Notes under the pieces: model-generated
What the model was told of the DNA's origin: nothing
Seen by the model: the letters and a program-made list of their open reading frames with translations, nothing else
The model's database searches: none
From: a virus
Lineage: Duplodnaviria > Caudoviricetes
Length of the DNA stretch: 35,033 nt
Strand: one strand, 5' to 3'
Virus record (IMG/VR): IMGVR_UViG_3300025635_000088
Location: 1-35,033 of that record
In this document: positions 17,279 through 26,109 of the stretch, piece by piece
Position numbering within the stretch: position 1 is the stretch's first letter
Layout: every line of letters starts with the position of its first letter
Program-made: the position numbers and the translations under genes

Positions 17279-17965
17279 TTACGCCTCCGCCTTAATTAAT
17301 TTTTGAAACTCATCTAAATGACTTGGTAAGAAATCTTTCTTTTTACCTATTTTATCAATCTCTCGAATTACGTTATTGATTTCAGAGTAAGGAATATCAT
17401 CTGTGTTGGCCCATCCTCTTGAAACGCAGTAACTATCAAGATCTAAAACGTCCCAGCCCATAGCCATCGTTTTTGCAAAGATCATTTTAGATTGCTGTTT
17501 AGTGCACTTTTCTAAATGTTTAGGTTTTTCAGCTTCATGATCGTTATAAATATCATCCCCTTGATAAACTGATAGTCCGAGGCCAAACATGGCAATGTTT
17601 TTAACCAGGCATCTTTGAATATTGTCATTTACGTCTCTACTCGATGGTGCCGTCATGGAATTAAATTTATTATCCATAATAGGAAGTATTTGTTTAATCG
17701 TAGTTCCTTCGACCGTCACACTTGTGCCAACCCAAAATCCAATGGGTGTTTTTAAATAAGGGACGTTATCGAAATAGGTGACTTCATAGGTAGCGTCTGG
17801 AAAATTCTCTTTTAATAGGGTCCACGCATCTGCCCATGAGATGTAATTGGTTCCATTGTAGTTTTTCTTTACGACTTTAGAGACGTCTATTGATTTACAT
17901 CTATCAAATAGGCTTTTCTTTTTTTCCATAGAAATTACGTCACCATTTCTGTCTACATTTTTCAT
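17279..17965 (-). CDS. sak: DUF1071 Sak/Rad52-like single-strand annealing recombinase
   Basis: YISWADAW...P.ATYEV, LPIMDNK, QRCLVKNIAMFGLGLSVYQGDD signature. Confidence 0.9.
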   Translation of the reverse strand: MKNVDRNGDVISMEKKKSLFDRCKSIDVSKVVKKNYNGTNYISWADAWTLLKENFPDATYEVTYFDNVPYLKTPIGFWVGTSVTVEGTTIKQILPIMDNKFNSMTAPSSRDVNDNIQRCLVKNIAMFGLGLSVYQGDDIYNDHEAEKPKHLEKCTKQQSKMIFAKTMAMGWDVLDLDSYCVSRGWANTDDIPYSEINNVIREIDKIGKKKDFLPSHLDEFQKLIKAEA

Positions 17966-18150
17966 GAATTATCCTTTTCAATGATTGCTGCCAAAGCACG
18001 CGGGTTCCAAGAATCGTAGTAGTTAGCTAACTCATAGAACAAATCCCCGTTAGCCTTCCAACATTCTATAAGGTGATCTTGACGATCCTTTTGAGGGAGC
18101 TGTTTTAGGTATTTATAAAACGCCGTCTCTGTAATGTTAACCTTATCCAT
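17962..18150 (-). CDS. Hypothetical protein
   Basis: ATGA-coupled to sak; first gene behind an extended -10 element. Confidence 0.6.
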   Translation of the reverse strand: MDKVNITETAFYKYLKQLPQKDRQDHLIECWKANGDLFYELANYYDSWNPRALAAIIEKDNS

Positions 18151-18157
18151 ATTTTCA

Positions 18158-18166
18158 GTTATACCA
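18158..18166 (-). promoter_or_regulatory. Extended -10 promoter (leaderless) for the sak operon
   Basis: TGGTATAAC 7 nt before ATG 18150. Confidence 0.45.
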
Positions 18167-18200
18167 TAATTCTTTTATTAAAGTAATACCCTAAATTAGG

Positions 18201-18229
18201 TTGATTTCAATAATTGGGGGCCTTAATCT
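18201..18229 (+). promoter_or_regulatory. Promoter (leaderless) for the sugar/packaging operon
   Basis: TTGATT-17 nt-TAATCT, 6 nt before ATG 18236. Confidence 0.5.
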
Positions 18230-18235
18230 TCACCC

Positions 18236-18487
18236 ATGAACCCCATAACATTGGTTACAGCATCAGTCGTTATAAGCTCATTTATTGCGTATTTGTTAAT
18301 GAAATCAGCACTTAACAAAGTAGAACTAAAGTTACAGCAAGACAAAGCTATGCAAGAGATTAAGCGGGTCCTACAAGAAGCCTCTCGAGACGGAGAAGGC
18401 GTCTTTATATTAAGAAAATTAGATGACTCAGAATATTTCTTCAGAGTCGATGAAAAACAATTCTTTAGAAGAGGGACTAAAATCTGA
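18236..18487 (+). CDS. Small membrane-anchored protein
   Basis: N-terminal TM helix; first gene of the operon. Confidence 0.6.
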   Translation: MNPITLVTASVVISSFIAYLLMKSALNKVELKLQQDKAMQEIKRVLQEASRDGEGVFILRKLDDSEYFFRVDEKQFFRRGTKI

Positions 18488-19341
18488 GCACTCTAGTCCT
18501 GGTGGGTGGGACTGGTTCACTTTCTAAAGCCGTCCTCAATCATCAAAAAATACTTAAAGAAAATGGAATTACTCGAATCAGAGTGATCTCTCGATGCGAG
18601 ATTAAACAAGCTGATCTTGAGCGTGAATACTCTGGTGAAATTGAACTTCAATGCTTTCTCGGAGATATTCGAAATAAAGAGCGAATGGAGTTTGCATTAA
18701 CTCATTCTAAATATGTCATTCACATGGCCGCTCTTAAACAAATTGAAAGATTTGAGTTAGACGTAGAGGAGGGTTATGAAACCAATATCTTTGGTACGAA
18801 AAACGTTGCTAAAGCAGCGCTTAAAAACAATTTACAATCTTCTATTTTCGTCTCAACCGATAAATCATTTCAACCCATTAATTCATACGGTGTGTCGAAA
18901 CTCGCCGCCTCACACCTCTGGCTCTGGTTCAACTCCTTCCAAAAAAATACACTATTTGGAGTCTGCGCGTACGGTAACGTCTGGGGATCAAGAGGATCGG
19001 TCATTGAAAGATGGCGAGAACTCGCTAAAGAAAAAAAACCACTGCCAATCACCGACTCTAGAATGACTCGGTTTTTTATTACTAAATCAGATGCCGCTGA
19101 ATTTGTTTTAAAGTCTCTATTTAATAATACAAGTGGAACTATGATCCCTAATATGAAGTCCATTGAGATGGTTAAAGTCGCTGACTTAATAAATAGAAAA
19201 TATGACTCCCCCGCTGGAATTAAAATTGTTGGCCTTAGAGATCCAAGAGAAAAACTTCATGAAGATCTTGGACAAATGAACTCAGATACCGCTCAAAGAT
19301 TTTGTGACGATGAAATTAAATGGATGATTGACCATGCCTGA
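18484..19341 (+). CDS. pseB: PseB/FlaA1-family UDP-GlcNAc 4,6-dehydratase (probably CTG start at 18484)
   Basis: GGTGSL, SR.E.KQ, GDIR, H.AALKQ, STDK...PIN.YG.SKL, YGNV.GSRGSV, ITD.RMTRF, EKLHE. Confidence 0.9.
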   Translation: MSTLVLVGGTGSLSKAVLNHQKILKENGITRIRVISRCEIKQADLEREYSGEIELQCFLGDIRNKERMEFALTHSKYVIHMAALKQIERFELDVEEGYETNIFGTKNVAKAALKNNLQSSIFVSTDKSFQPINSYGVSKLAASHLWLWFNSFQKNTLFGVCAYGNVWGSRGSVIERWRELAKEKKPLPITDSRMTRFFITKSDAAEFVLKSLFNNTSGTMIPNMKSIEMVKVADLINRKYDSPAGIKIVGLRDPREKLHEDLGQMNSDTAQRFCDDEIKWMIDHA

Positions 19342-19975
19342 CGTCACAATCGTTGGATGTAAAGGCTCAATGGGTAGAAGATACTCTGCCATATTAAAAT
19401 TCTTAGGCGTTAGTTTTGATGGGATTGATTATCAAGAAGCGTATCCTAGGAATGGAGCTAAGCGCGCTCTCATTTGCACCCCATCTCGTTCTCATACGGT
19501 CGTAGTCGAAAATATGATGGAAGCCGGTTATGATAATTTTCTCATTGAAAAACCCATGTTTGATAGAGAAGAAGACTACAAATGGGCGCTAGCGAATTCT
19601 AATCAATGTAAAATGCAGATGGTTTGTAACTATAAGTTCATTAACGGCACTGGCGGACATACATTTTATAATTATTACGATTCAGGCAAAGAAGAATTAT
19701 GGTGCAATCTCTTTCAATTAATAGGTCTCGCTAATTCTACTTTTAGTTATCATGACGAAAGTCCCCTTTGGCGATGCATGCTTAATGGAAGATCTCTCTT
19801 TCTAGATGAAGTACATTCTAGTTATATCACCATGATTGAGGCGTGGATGGATAACGCCCCCTTAGTGGATATATCCACCGCTTTTAATTGGTTTCAAAAA
19901 GCAAAAAAATGGCAGCAGGATTATGAGAATTGGAATAGGACTTCAAAGCAGGATCAGCTCAAAACGGTTTCCTAA
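19334..19975 (+). CDS. Gfo/Idh/MocA-like NAD(P)-binding protein
   Basis: IVG.KGSMGRRY Rossmann motif, ICTP...H, LIEKP; unusually short C-domain. Confidence 0.75.
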   Translation: MPDVTIVGCKGSMGRRYSAILKFLGVSFDGIDYQEAYPRNGAKRALICTPSRSHTVVVENMMEAGYDNFLIEKPMFDREEDYKWALANSNQCKMQMVCNYKFINGTGGHTFYNYYDSGKEELWCNLFQLIGLANSTFSYHDESPLWRCMLNGRSLFLDEVHSSYITMIEAWMDNAPLVDISTAFNWFQKAKKWQQDYENWNRTSKQDQLKTVS

Positions 19976-20585
19976 TAAGGTATTCCATGAGCTTACTCCT
20001 GGTAAAACAGTATTGGATTTTTGCCTTGAGAGGTGTGCAGAAATGCAGGCCCTCCTTGCAGATCAATTCGTTGCAATAGGGCTTTTAGTTCCAGTCCTAC
20101 AAAATCAAATATTCGAGCACGTAGCCGCTAATCACGGAATAAGTCTTCTTACTGGCCCAGAGGATAACGTCCTTAAGCGGTATGATAATTTTCAAAAATG
20201 GGGAAATTTTGATTATATCATAAGAGTCACCAGTGATTGTCCTCTTATCGTCACCGAAGAGGCTGTAAAAATGATTAAAGACGTCATTCAATTTAAGTTT
20301 GATTATGGGGCATTAAAAACACCAGAAGATTGGTTTGATGGAACGGACGTTGAAATATTTACACCTGACATTTTAAAAAAGTTAATCGCATTTGCATTAG
20401 AAAATAAAAGCAAAGAAACTATTGAGCATGTTACTTGGCCTCTTAACAATACAGATAAAATATTCGCTCATAAGCTTTATTGGCCTAAGAAGAATAAGTT
20501 CCATGAGGTTCCTAAGTTAAGTATCGATACGACAGAAGATTACTTTAGAGTTAAAAACTATTTAGGAGAATGCTTTTGGATCTAG
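19923..20585 (+). CDS. spsF: SpsF-type cytidylyltransferase (CMP-nonulosonate/CMP-Kdo synthetase family)
   Basis: QSR.SSKRFPNKV, GPEDNVL.RY, RVTSDCPL, G.DVE.F, EHVT, LSIDT.EDY. Confidence 0.88.
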   Translation: MRIGIGLQSRISSKRFPNKVFHELTPGKTVLDFCLERCAEMQALLADQFVAIGLLVPVLQNQIFEHVAANHGISLLTGPEDNVLKRYDNFQKWGNFDYIIRVTSDCPLIVTEEAVKMIKDVIQFKFDYGALKTPEDWFDGTDVEIFTPDILKKLIAFALENKSKETIEHVTWPLNNTDKIFAHKLYWPKKNKFHEVPKLSIDTTEDYFRVKNYLGECFWI

Positions 20586-21754
20586 CAAATAAACAACTTC
20601 AGTATATTTCTCAAGGGGCGCTTACCAACAGTAAGATGCACTCCTCATTTTCTGAGAATGCTCCTACTCATATTGAATCGGCAGATGGGCCTTATTGTAC
20701 GAGTCATGTGAGAGAGAAGTATATCGATCTATCTTGTGCTCTGGGTGCTATCTCCATTGGTCATAATCATCCATTAATATCTGAGGCCGTTCAAAAACAA
20801 CTTACTAAGGGGAATTTGTTTACCATGTCTTCTCCGATTGAGGTTGAAGCCGCAGAATTTCTCCTCGATGAGTTCCTTTCTAGTTACGATGCAGTGAAGT
20901 ATTTAAAAACCGGAGCTGAAGCTACTACTGGTGCGACTACTATTGCCAGAGCAGCAACCGGAAGGCAGTGGGTTCTATCCACCGGATATCATGGGCACCA
21001 TCCTCAGTGGTGTTCAATGGAGAATACTCATTATGGGATTGAGGATCATTTTTACTTTAAAAAATACGATACTATCGATGAAATAATTCACTCCGATAAA
21101 CTAATCGATGCTGCTGCCGTCATTATTGAGCCAATACTTCTCGATGATTCAGAGGCTAATACTCAAAAACTATTTAAATTAAAGAAAGCCTGCGAGGACG
21201 CTAGGGCTTTACTTATCTTCGATGAAATAGTCTGCGGAATGAGAAATGAACACGGATTCATTTCTAGAGTAATTAAACCCGATCTTGTGTGTGTTGGAAA
21301 AGGAATTGCGAATGGATTTTCTCTCTCTGGTATCGTGGGGAAAAAACATCTCATGCATGAAACGCCATTCTTTATATCCTCTACATTTGCGGGAGAGTGC
21401 ATTCCACTAGCAGCTCATATTGCTACGATGCGGTTTATTAAAAACAACTCACTTATTCAGATGTGTCAGGATGCAAAACGAATTCAAAAGAAGATTTCCG
21501 AAATCATTCCTAAGAAAATAAAGCTCGTCGGCTATGGCACCAGAGGATATTTTCAGGCGGCTAAAGAAGATTTCGCATTGTTTCAGCAAGAATGTATTAA
21601 GGCAGGACTTCTATTCAATCGATCGTGGTTTATGAACTATTCTCATATTCCACTTGAGAGAATTATTCAGTCTTCATTTCAAGATGCATCTTATACATTT
21701 GAGACAGCTAAGCTTGAAGGACGTATGCCTATGGAGGGATTTAAGAGATTATGA
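20570..21754 (+). CDS. Class III PLP-dependent aminotransferase (GSA-aminomutase-like, probable sugar aminotransferase)
   Basis: YID...LG..SIGH, KTGAEAT, GYHG, LIFDEIVCG.R, PDL...GKGIANG, SSTFAGE. Confidence 0.88.
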   Translation: MLLDLANKQLQYISQGALTNSKMHSSFSENAPTHIESADGPYCTSHVREKYIDLSCALGAISIGHNHPLISEAVQKQLTKGNLFTMSSPIEVEAAEFLLDEFLSSYDAVKYLKTGAEATTGATTIARAATGRQWVLSTGYHGHHPQWCSMENTHYGIEDHFYFKKYDTIDEIIHSDKLIDAAAVIIEPILLDDSEANTQKLFKLKKACEDARALLIFDEIVCGMRNEHGFISRVIKPDLVCVGKGIANGFSLSGIVGKKHLMHETPFFISSTFAGECIPLAAHIATMRFIKNNSLIQMCQDAKRIQKKISEIIPKKIKLVGYGTRGYFQAAKEDFALFQQECIKAGLLFNRSWFMNYSHIPLERIIQSSFQDASYTFETAKLEGRMPMEGFKRL

Positions 21755-22035
21755 CCTTATTGATAAATACAATCATTCTTATTGTAGTTGGTATAACTCA
21801 TTGGAAAATATCCAAGATAACAAAAACCATTGAGGCTCAGTTAAATACTTTGGCTAAGAAGCAATCGAAGTTCATGACACATCTTACTAGAGAGCTAAAA
21901 ATCCCCATGCCTGAGTTTGATGAGAAGCCGAGTGTTCCACGTGACACACTTAAGCCAAGGGTTACTAAAAGAACTGAAAACGATGAGTTTGAACGGGAAC
22001 TGCCACCAAATAAGAGCGGGCTTAGGACGATATGA
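21751..22035 (+). CDS. Small membrane-anchored protein
   Basis: ATGA coupling; N-terminal TM helix. Confidence 0.55.
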   Translation: MTLLINTIILIVVGITHWKISKITKTIEAQLNTLAKKQSKFMTHLTRELKIPMPEFDEKPSVPRDTLKPRVTKRTENDEFERELPPNKSGLRTI

Positions 22036-22556
22036 AGCGACACCCAATTTATCCACTAAATATTTCTAAAGACGGTGAAATCTATTCAGTAAAAACGGGT
22101 AAAAAGCGTGCCCTCTGGAAGACTCGGCTTGGCTACATGCAATTAAGTGTCGGACGAACAAGTTATTTGGCTCATAGATTAATTGCAGACGTATGGGTTC
22201 CAAATCCGCATAAAAAACCATTTATTAACCATAAAAATGGAATCAAAAATGATAATAGACCAGAAAATCTGGAATGGTGCACTCAACTTGAAAATGTCCG
22301 CCACGCTAGAGATGTTTTAAAAATAGACTTTGGGCGGTTTCGTGGTGAATTACATCCGTCCAGAAAAGTTATCAGGCAAGTAGCGATTATAATTTTAAAT
22401 CTTTGGCGGGATGGTTTATCTATTGAAAAAATTTCTGAATTAACATGTTTATGCATCCCAACTGTAATAAGATCTCTTAACCAATTGACGAATGGACAAT
22501 ACAAAAATGGACGTACCACTAAGGTCAAAAGAAATATCGCTAGTCGACTTGTCTGA
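22032..22556 (+). CDS. Free-standing HNH homing endonuclease (I-HmuI/NUMOD4-like) with C-terminal HTH
   Basis: HRLIA...PNP..KP.INHKNGIKNDNRPENLEWCT..EN.RHA. Confidence 0.9.
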   Translation: MKRHPIYPLNISKDGEIYSVKTGKKRALWKTRLGYMQLSVGRTSYLAHRLIADVWVPNPHKKPFINHKNGIKNDNRPENLEWCTQLENVRHARDVLKIDFGRFRGELHPSRKVIRQVAIIILNLWRDGLSIEKISELTCLCIPTVIRSLNQLTNGQYKNGRTTKVKRNIASRLV

Positions 22557-23697
22557 AATTAGGCCCAATCCGAGCAATCGAAACCTACATCCTCCAGATC
22601 AAATAGATCGATTGGCCAAAATAATATCTTATCAGGGATTCCGCTCCCCATTGATTATTTCAAATCAATCTGGGTATCTCGTGTCTGGGCATGGGCGTCT
22701 TTTGGCGGCAATTAAACTTGGCCTAACTAAATTGCCAGTTATTTATCAGGACTTTGAGTCTTCGGATCAAGAGTATGCTGCGATGGTTTCAGAAAATTCC
22801 ATCGCAAGCTGGGCTGAGTTAGATCTAGCATCGATTAATAAGGATCTGGCAGATATTGGCCCAATCGATATTGATCTACTGGGTATTAAGGATTTTGAGA
22901 TTGAACCTGCTGATAAATATGCCGATAAGGATGCTGATGAAATACCGGAGGTAAAAGATGCCATATGTAATACTGGCGATCTATGGATCTTGGGCAATCA
23001 TAGACTTCTTTGCGGTAATTCTACTGATAAGGTCCAGGTCGAAAGACTGATGAATGGTGAGAAGGCCGATATGGTCTACACCGATCCGCCGTATGGGATG
23101 AATCTGGACACGGACTGGAGTAAGGAATTAACAGGGATAAAAGGCGTGGGGCATTCAAAAATGGGAATGACCGGGCGTAAATATTCACCCGTCATTGGAG
23201 ACTCAACCGACTTTAATCCAGGTTTTATTTTGGACTACTTTTCACAAACAAAAGAAATTTTTCTTTGGGGCGCGGATTATTACTGCCAGGAAATCCCAAA
23301 AGAAGGCGCTTGGATGGTTTGGGACAAAAGAACCCGCGCTGATGGGGAAGCAATTAAACAGATCATGGGTTCAGAATTTGAGCTGTGCTGGTCTAAACAG
23401 AAACACGCAAGGCAAATAGCTAGAATCCTTTGGGCTGGAATTTGCCAAGGACCAAAAGAAGGCGCTCGCGTTCATCCGACCCAAAAGCCAGCTGCACTTC
23501 ATGAATGGTTCTTCGAACGTTGGGGCAAAGACAAAACCAACATCATCGATCTCTATCTCGGCTCCGGCTCCACTCTCATCGCTTGTGAGAAGACAAACAG
23601 ACGATGCTTTGGGATGGAAATAGACCCGCACTATTGTGATGTTATAATAGCCAGGTGGGAGAAATTCTCCGGTAAAAAGGCGGTAAAGAGTGAGTAA
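22492..23697 (+). CDS. ParB/Srx N-terminal domain fused to a beta-class N6-adenine/N4-cytosine DNA methyltransferase
   Basis: NP.NRN.H...QI..L...I...GF..P, SGHGRL.AA; HRLLCG.ST, TDPPY, HPTQKP, DLYLGSGSTLIA, GMEIDP.YCD. Confidence 0.9.
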   Translation: MDNTKMDVPLRSKEISLVDLSEIRPNPSNRNLHPPDQIDRLAKIISYQGFRSPLIISNQSGYLVSGHGRLLAAIKLGLTKLPVIYQDFESSDQEYAAMVSENSIASWAELDLASINKDLADIGPIDIDLLGIKDFEIEPADKYADKDADEIPEVKDAICNTGDLWILGNHRLLCGNSTDKVQVERLMNGEKADMVYTDPPYGMNLDTDWSKELTGIKGVGHSKMGMTGRKYSPVIGDSTDFNPGFILDYFSQTKEIFLWGADYYCQEIPKEGAWMVWDKRTRADGEAIKQIMGSEFELCWSKQKHARQIARILWAGICQGPKEGARVHPTQKPAALHEWFFERWGKDKTNIIDLYLGSGSTLIACEKTNRRCFGMEIDPHYCDVIIARWEKFSGKKAVKSE

Positions 23698-24061
23698 AGG
23701 CAAAGTGGGGCGCCCGAAATTCGAGCCTACCCCCGAGATCCTTGAAAAGATCGAAACATACGCAGCAATGGGAATGAGAAAGAACTCAATCGCATTTGCA
23801 TTAGACCTTAATCCTAGTACATATTCTGAAAAACAATCGGAATATCCCGAATTAGCCAAAGCTTTCGAGAGGGGTCGAAGTAAGGGTGTAGCCCATGCTG
23901 CATCTAAGCTTCACGAGCTGATTAAAGATAAGCATTACCCTGCTATCCAGTTTTATTTGAAGAGTCAGGACGATTGGAAAGAAAATGATCCAAGCGTTAC
24001 TACAGTGCAGCCCATTACAGTTACCGTTGACGGCAAAAAGATAACTATGGGGATCGAATGA
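23690..24061 (+). CDS. terS: Terminase small subunit
   Basis: GRPKF, HTH (IA..L...PST), F.RGR, AIQFYLK; upstream of TerL. Confidence 0.75.
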   Translation: MSKGKVGRPKFEPTPEILEKIETYAAMGMRKNSIAFALDLNPSTYSEKQSEYPELAKAFERGRSKGVAHAASKLHELIKDKHYPAIQFYLKSQDDWKENDPSVTTVQPITVTVDGKKITMGIE

Positions 24062-24456
24062 AAAAGATTAAACTTGCTATGGCCGCACCAGAAGAAGAGT
24101 ACTCCAGATTTCATTTGGTCGAATATTACGATGATTCGCCAAAAACATGGTCTAATTACAAAAAATCTTGGGATTATATTGGTTGTAAGGTCTGTAATAC
24201 AAAAGAGGAGTTTAAATCATTTAAAGAATTTACTAAAAAAGAGCTAAAAATGAGCGGTGGCCCAGGATTCTTTGATGAACATTTTCGTTGGAATTGGGAC
24301 CATATCCAGGTCTATAGAAAATATACAAAAGAAGATAATTACACAATTTACACGCAGCAATTTGCCGAAGTTCCTGAAGATGTAATGGACGCTGTCAGGT
24401 GCCATAATTTTAACAATGCTAGACCGTGGATTAGAAGAATAAATGGACCTTCATGA
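24058..24456 (+). CDS. Hypothetical protein inserted between terS and terL
   Basis: ATGA coupling; aromatic-rich, CKVC. Confidence 0.6.
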   Translation: MKKIKLAMAAPEEEYSRFHLVEYYDDSPKTWSNYKKSWDYIGCKVCNTKEEFKSFKEFTKKELKMSGGPGFFDEHFRWNWDHIQVYRKYTKEDNYTIYTQQFAEVPEDVMDAVRCHNFNNARPWIRRINGPS

Positions 24457-25732
24457 AAAACAGGGCAAAGCATTCCTTAGTGATGCCAAAATTACGCTCT
24501 GCTGCAGCGGCATCCAGGGCGGTAAAACAACCGTCGGAGCACTTTGGTTCATTCGTCAGGCAGCTAAATGGAAAGGTCCTGATAACAATTTCATCATTGG
24601 GTGTCCGACATATAAGATTCTCAACCAATCAACGCTACCAAGCTTTCTTAAATACGCATCACAATTCGGAACATATCACAAAGGGGATCAGACATTTTCT
24701 CTCCGAAATGGTGGAACAATATATTTACGAACAGCCACAGACCCTGAATCAGTGGAAGGTATTACTAATGTGCGGGCTATATGGCTGGATGAAGCGGGTA
24801 AATGTAAGTTTAGATTCTGGACTAACATTGAGGGCCGAGCTGCACGAACAAACGCTCCAATTATCTGCACTACGACTCCGTATGCCATGAACTGGCCTTA
24901 TAAGGAATTAATTAAACCCTTAAGACGTGGAGATAGAAAAGACATTGCTTACTTTCAATGGACTTCAAAAGATAATCCTTCATTCCCAGCAGAGCACTAC
25001 GAAAGACAAAGAGAGTTATTAGATGCTGTTACTTTTGCAATGAAGTACGGCGGAGAACACCACCAAAGAGTTGGCCTTGTTTATCCGTTTGATGATTCAA
25101 AAATTATTAAACCATTTCAATTGCCAGAAGGAACTAAATTCTACGCAGGCCTTGATTGGGGATTTACAAATCCAATGGCATTGATCATTAGAGGCCTGAC
25201 CCCAGATGGTAGGGATATTCAAGTGTCTGAGTTCTATGAATCTGGAATTTATCCTGATGATATTGCCCATCTCATTAAACAGAAGGTGGCGAGTTACGAC
25301 ATTCAAAAGATTCTCGCTGATCCAGCAGATCCGGGGAAAATTGCTCAGCTTCAGAGATACGGGCTTCCAGTTATTTCGGCAGACAACGATAAGCAAGCGG
25401 GGATTGATGCTCATTCTCAAGTGGTGAAATCAAATAGATTTTTTATCTTCGAAACTTGTAAGCATACGATTGATGAGTATGAGACCTATTCTTATAAAGA
25501 GAATGACGATGACGATAAAAACGCCAAAGAAGAACCCCTTAATGTGAAGAACCACGCGATGGATGCGAATAGGTATTTATCGTATTACTTAAGACAATCA
25601 GGATTGTATTTTAGTGAGCGGCCTAGAGTTCATTCAGCCGAGAAGCAATCAAGAGATGAAACATCTCCTAAGACCCACACTCCGGCGTGGAAGCGAAAGG
25701 TTAATGAAACGAAGGGACCAGAGTTTTACTAG
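24443..25732 (+). CDS. terL: Terminase large subunit
   Basis: Walker A GIQGGKT, Walker B WLDEAG, motif III TTTP; nuclease motifs GLDWG, ADPA, NHAMDA.RY. Confidence 0.95.
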   Translation: MDLHEKQGKAFLSDAKITLCCSGIQGGKTTVGALWFIRQAAKWKGPDNNFIIGCPTYKILNQSTLPSFLKYASQFGTYHKGDQTFSLRNGGTIYLRTATDPESVEGITNVRAIWLDEAGKCKFRFWTNIEGRAARTNAPIICTTTPYAMNWPYKELIKPLRRGDRKDIAYFQWTSKDNPSFPAEHYERQRELLDAVTFAMKYGGEHHQRVGLVYPFDDSKIIKPFQLPEGTKFYAGLDWGFTNPMALIIRGLTPDGRDIQVSEFYESGIYPDDIAHLIKQKVASYDIQKILADPADPGKIAQLQRYGLPVISADNDKQAGIDAHSQVVKSNRFFIFETCKHTIDEYETYSYKENDDDDKNAKEEPLNVKNHAMDANRYLSYYLRQSGLYFSERPRVHSAEKQSRDETSPKTHTPAWKRKVNETKGPEFY

Positions 25733-25740
25733 GAGGGATT

Positions 25741-26109
25741 ATGCCGAGATATGACTATCAATGTGATACGTGTGAATATGTCGAAGAGATCGTAGCGGAT
25801 TGGGAGAATAAACCGATTGGTAGGCTTTGTAAGAATTGTGGGCAGATTAATTTTGCTCGTGCGATGAAGCCGATCATAAGTAGAGTTAGGATTGGACATA
25901 TTGATTCTGGGCGTCTTCAATCGGTGGCATTTGGTAAGGAGTTTAAGAACGAGAAGGATATGTTGCACTACGCCAAGCATCATGGGTATGAGCCGCTTGA
26001 GAATGCTTCCCTAGAATCTGTTCAAAAGTCCTTTACCGACTATAATAAAATAAAAGAAGATGAGAGGCTAAAGAACCTTTCAGAGGGAATTGAGTGGAAT
26101 CAAATTTAG
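25741..26109 (+). CDS. FmdB-like zinc-ribbon protein
   Basis: MPRYDYQCDTC...CKNCG; strong AGGAGG SD. Confidence 0.8.
   Translation: MPRYDYQCDTCEYVEEIVADWENKPIGRLCKNCGQINFARAMKPIISRVRIGHIDSGRLQSVAFGKEFKNEKDMLHYAKHHGYEPLENASLESVQKSFTDYNKIKEDERLKNLSEGIEWNQI

Noticed and set aside
18478-18504. pseB as a pseudogene or a frameshift fusion with the upstream TM gene
   Set aside because: All catalytic motifs are intact, and a CTG start with SD and stop overlap explains the N-terminus; no clear slippery site.
20570-21754. hemL (tetrapyrrole biosynthesis) call for the class III aminotransferase
   Set aside because: No other haem genes; it overlaps an SpsF gene inside a nucleotide-sugar operon, so a sugar substrate is more plausible.
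7532-21754. Sugar genes as a DNA hypermodification system
   Set aside because: No base hydroxymethylase, DNA glycosyltransferase or phage polymerase is visible; the only transferase is Maf-type and lies in the capsid operon. Not strictly excluded.
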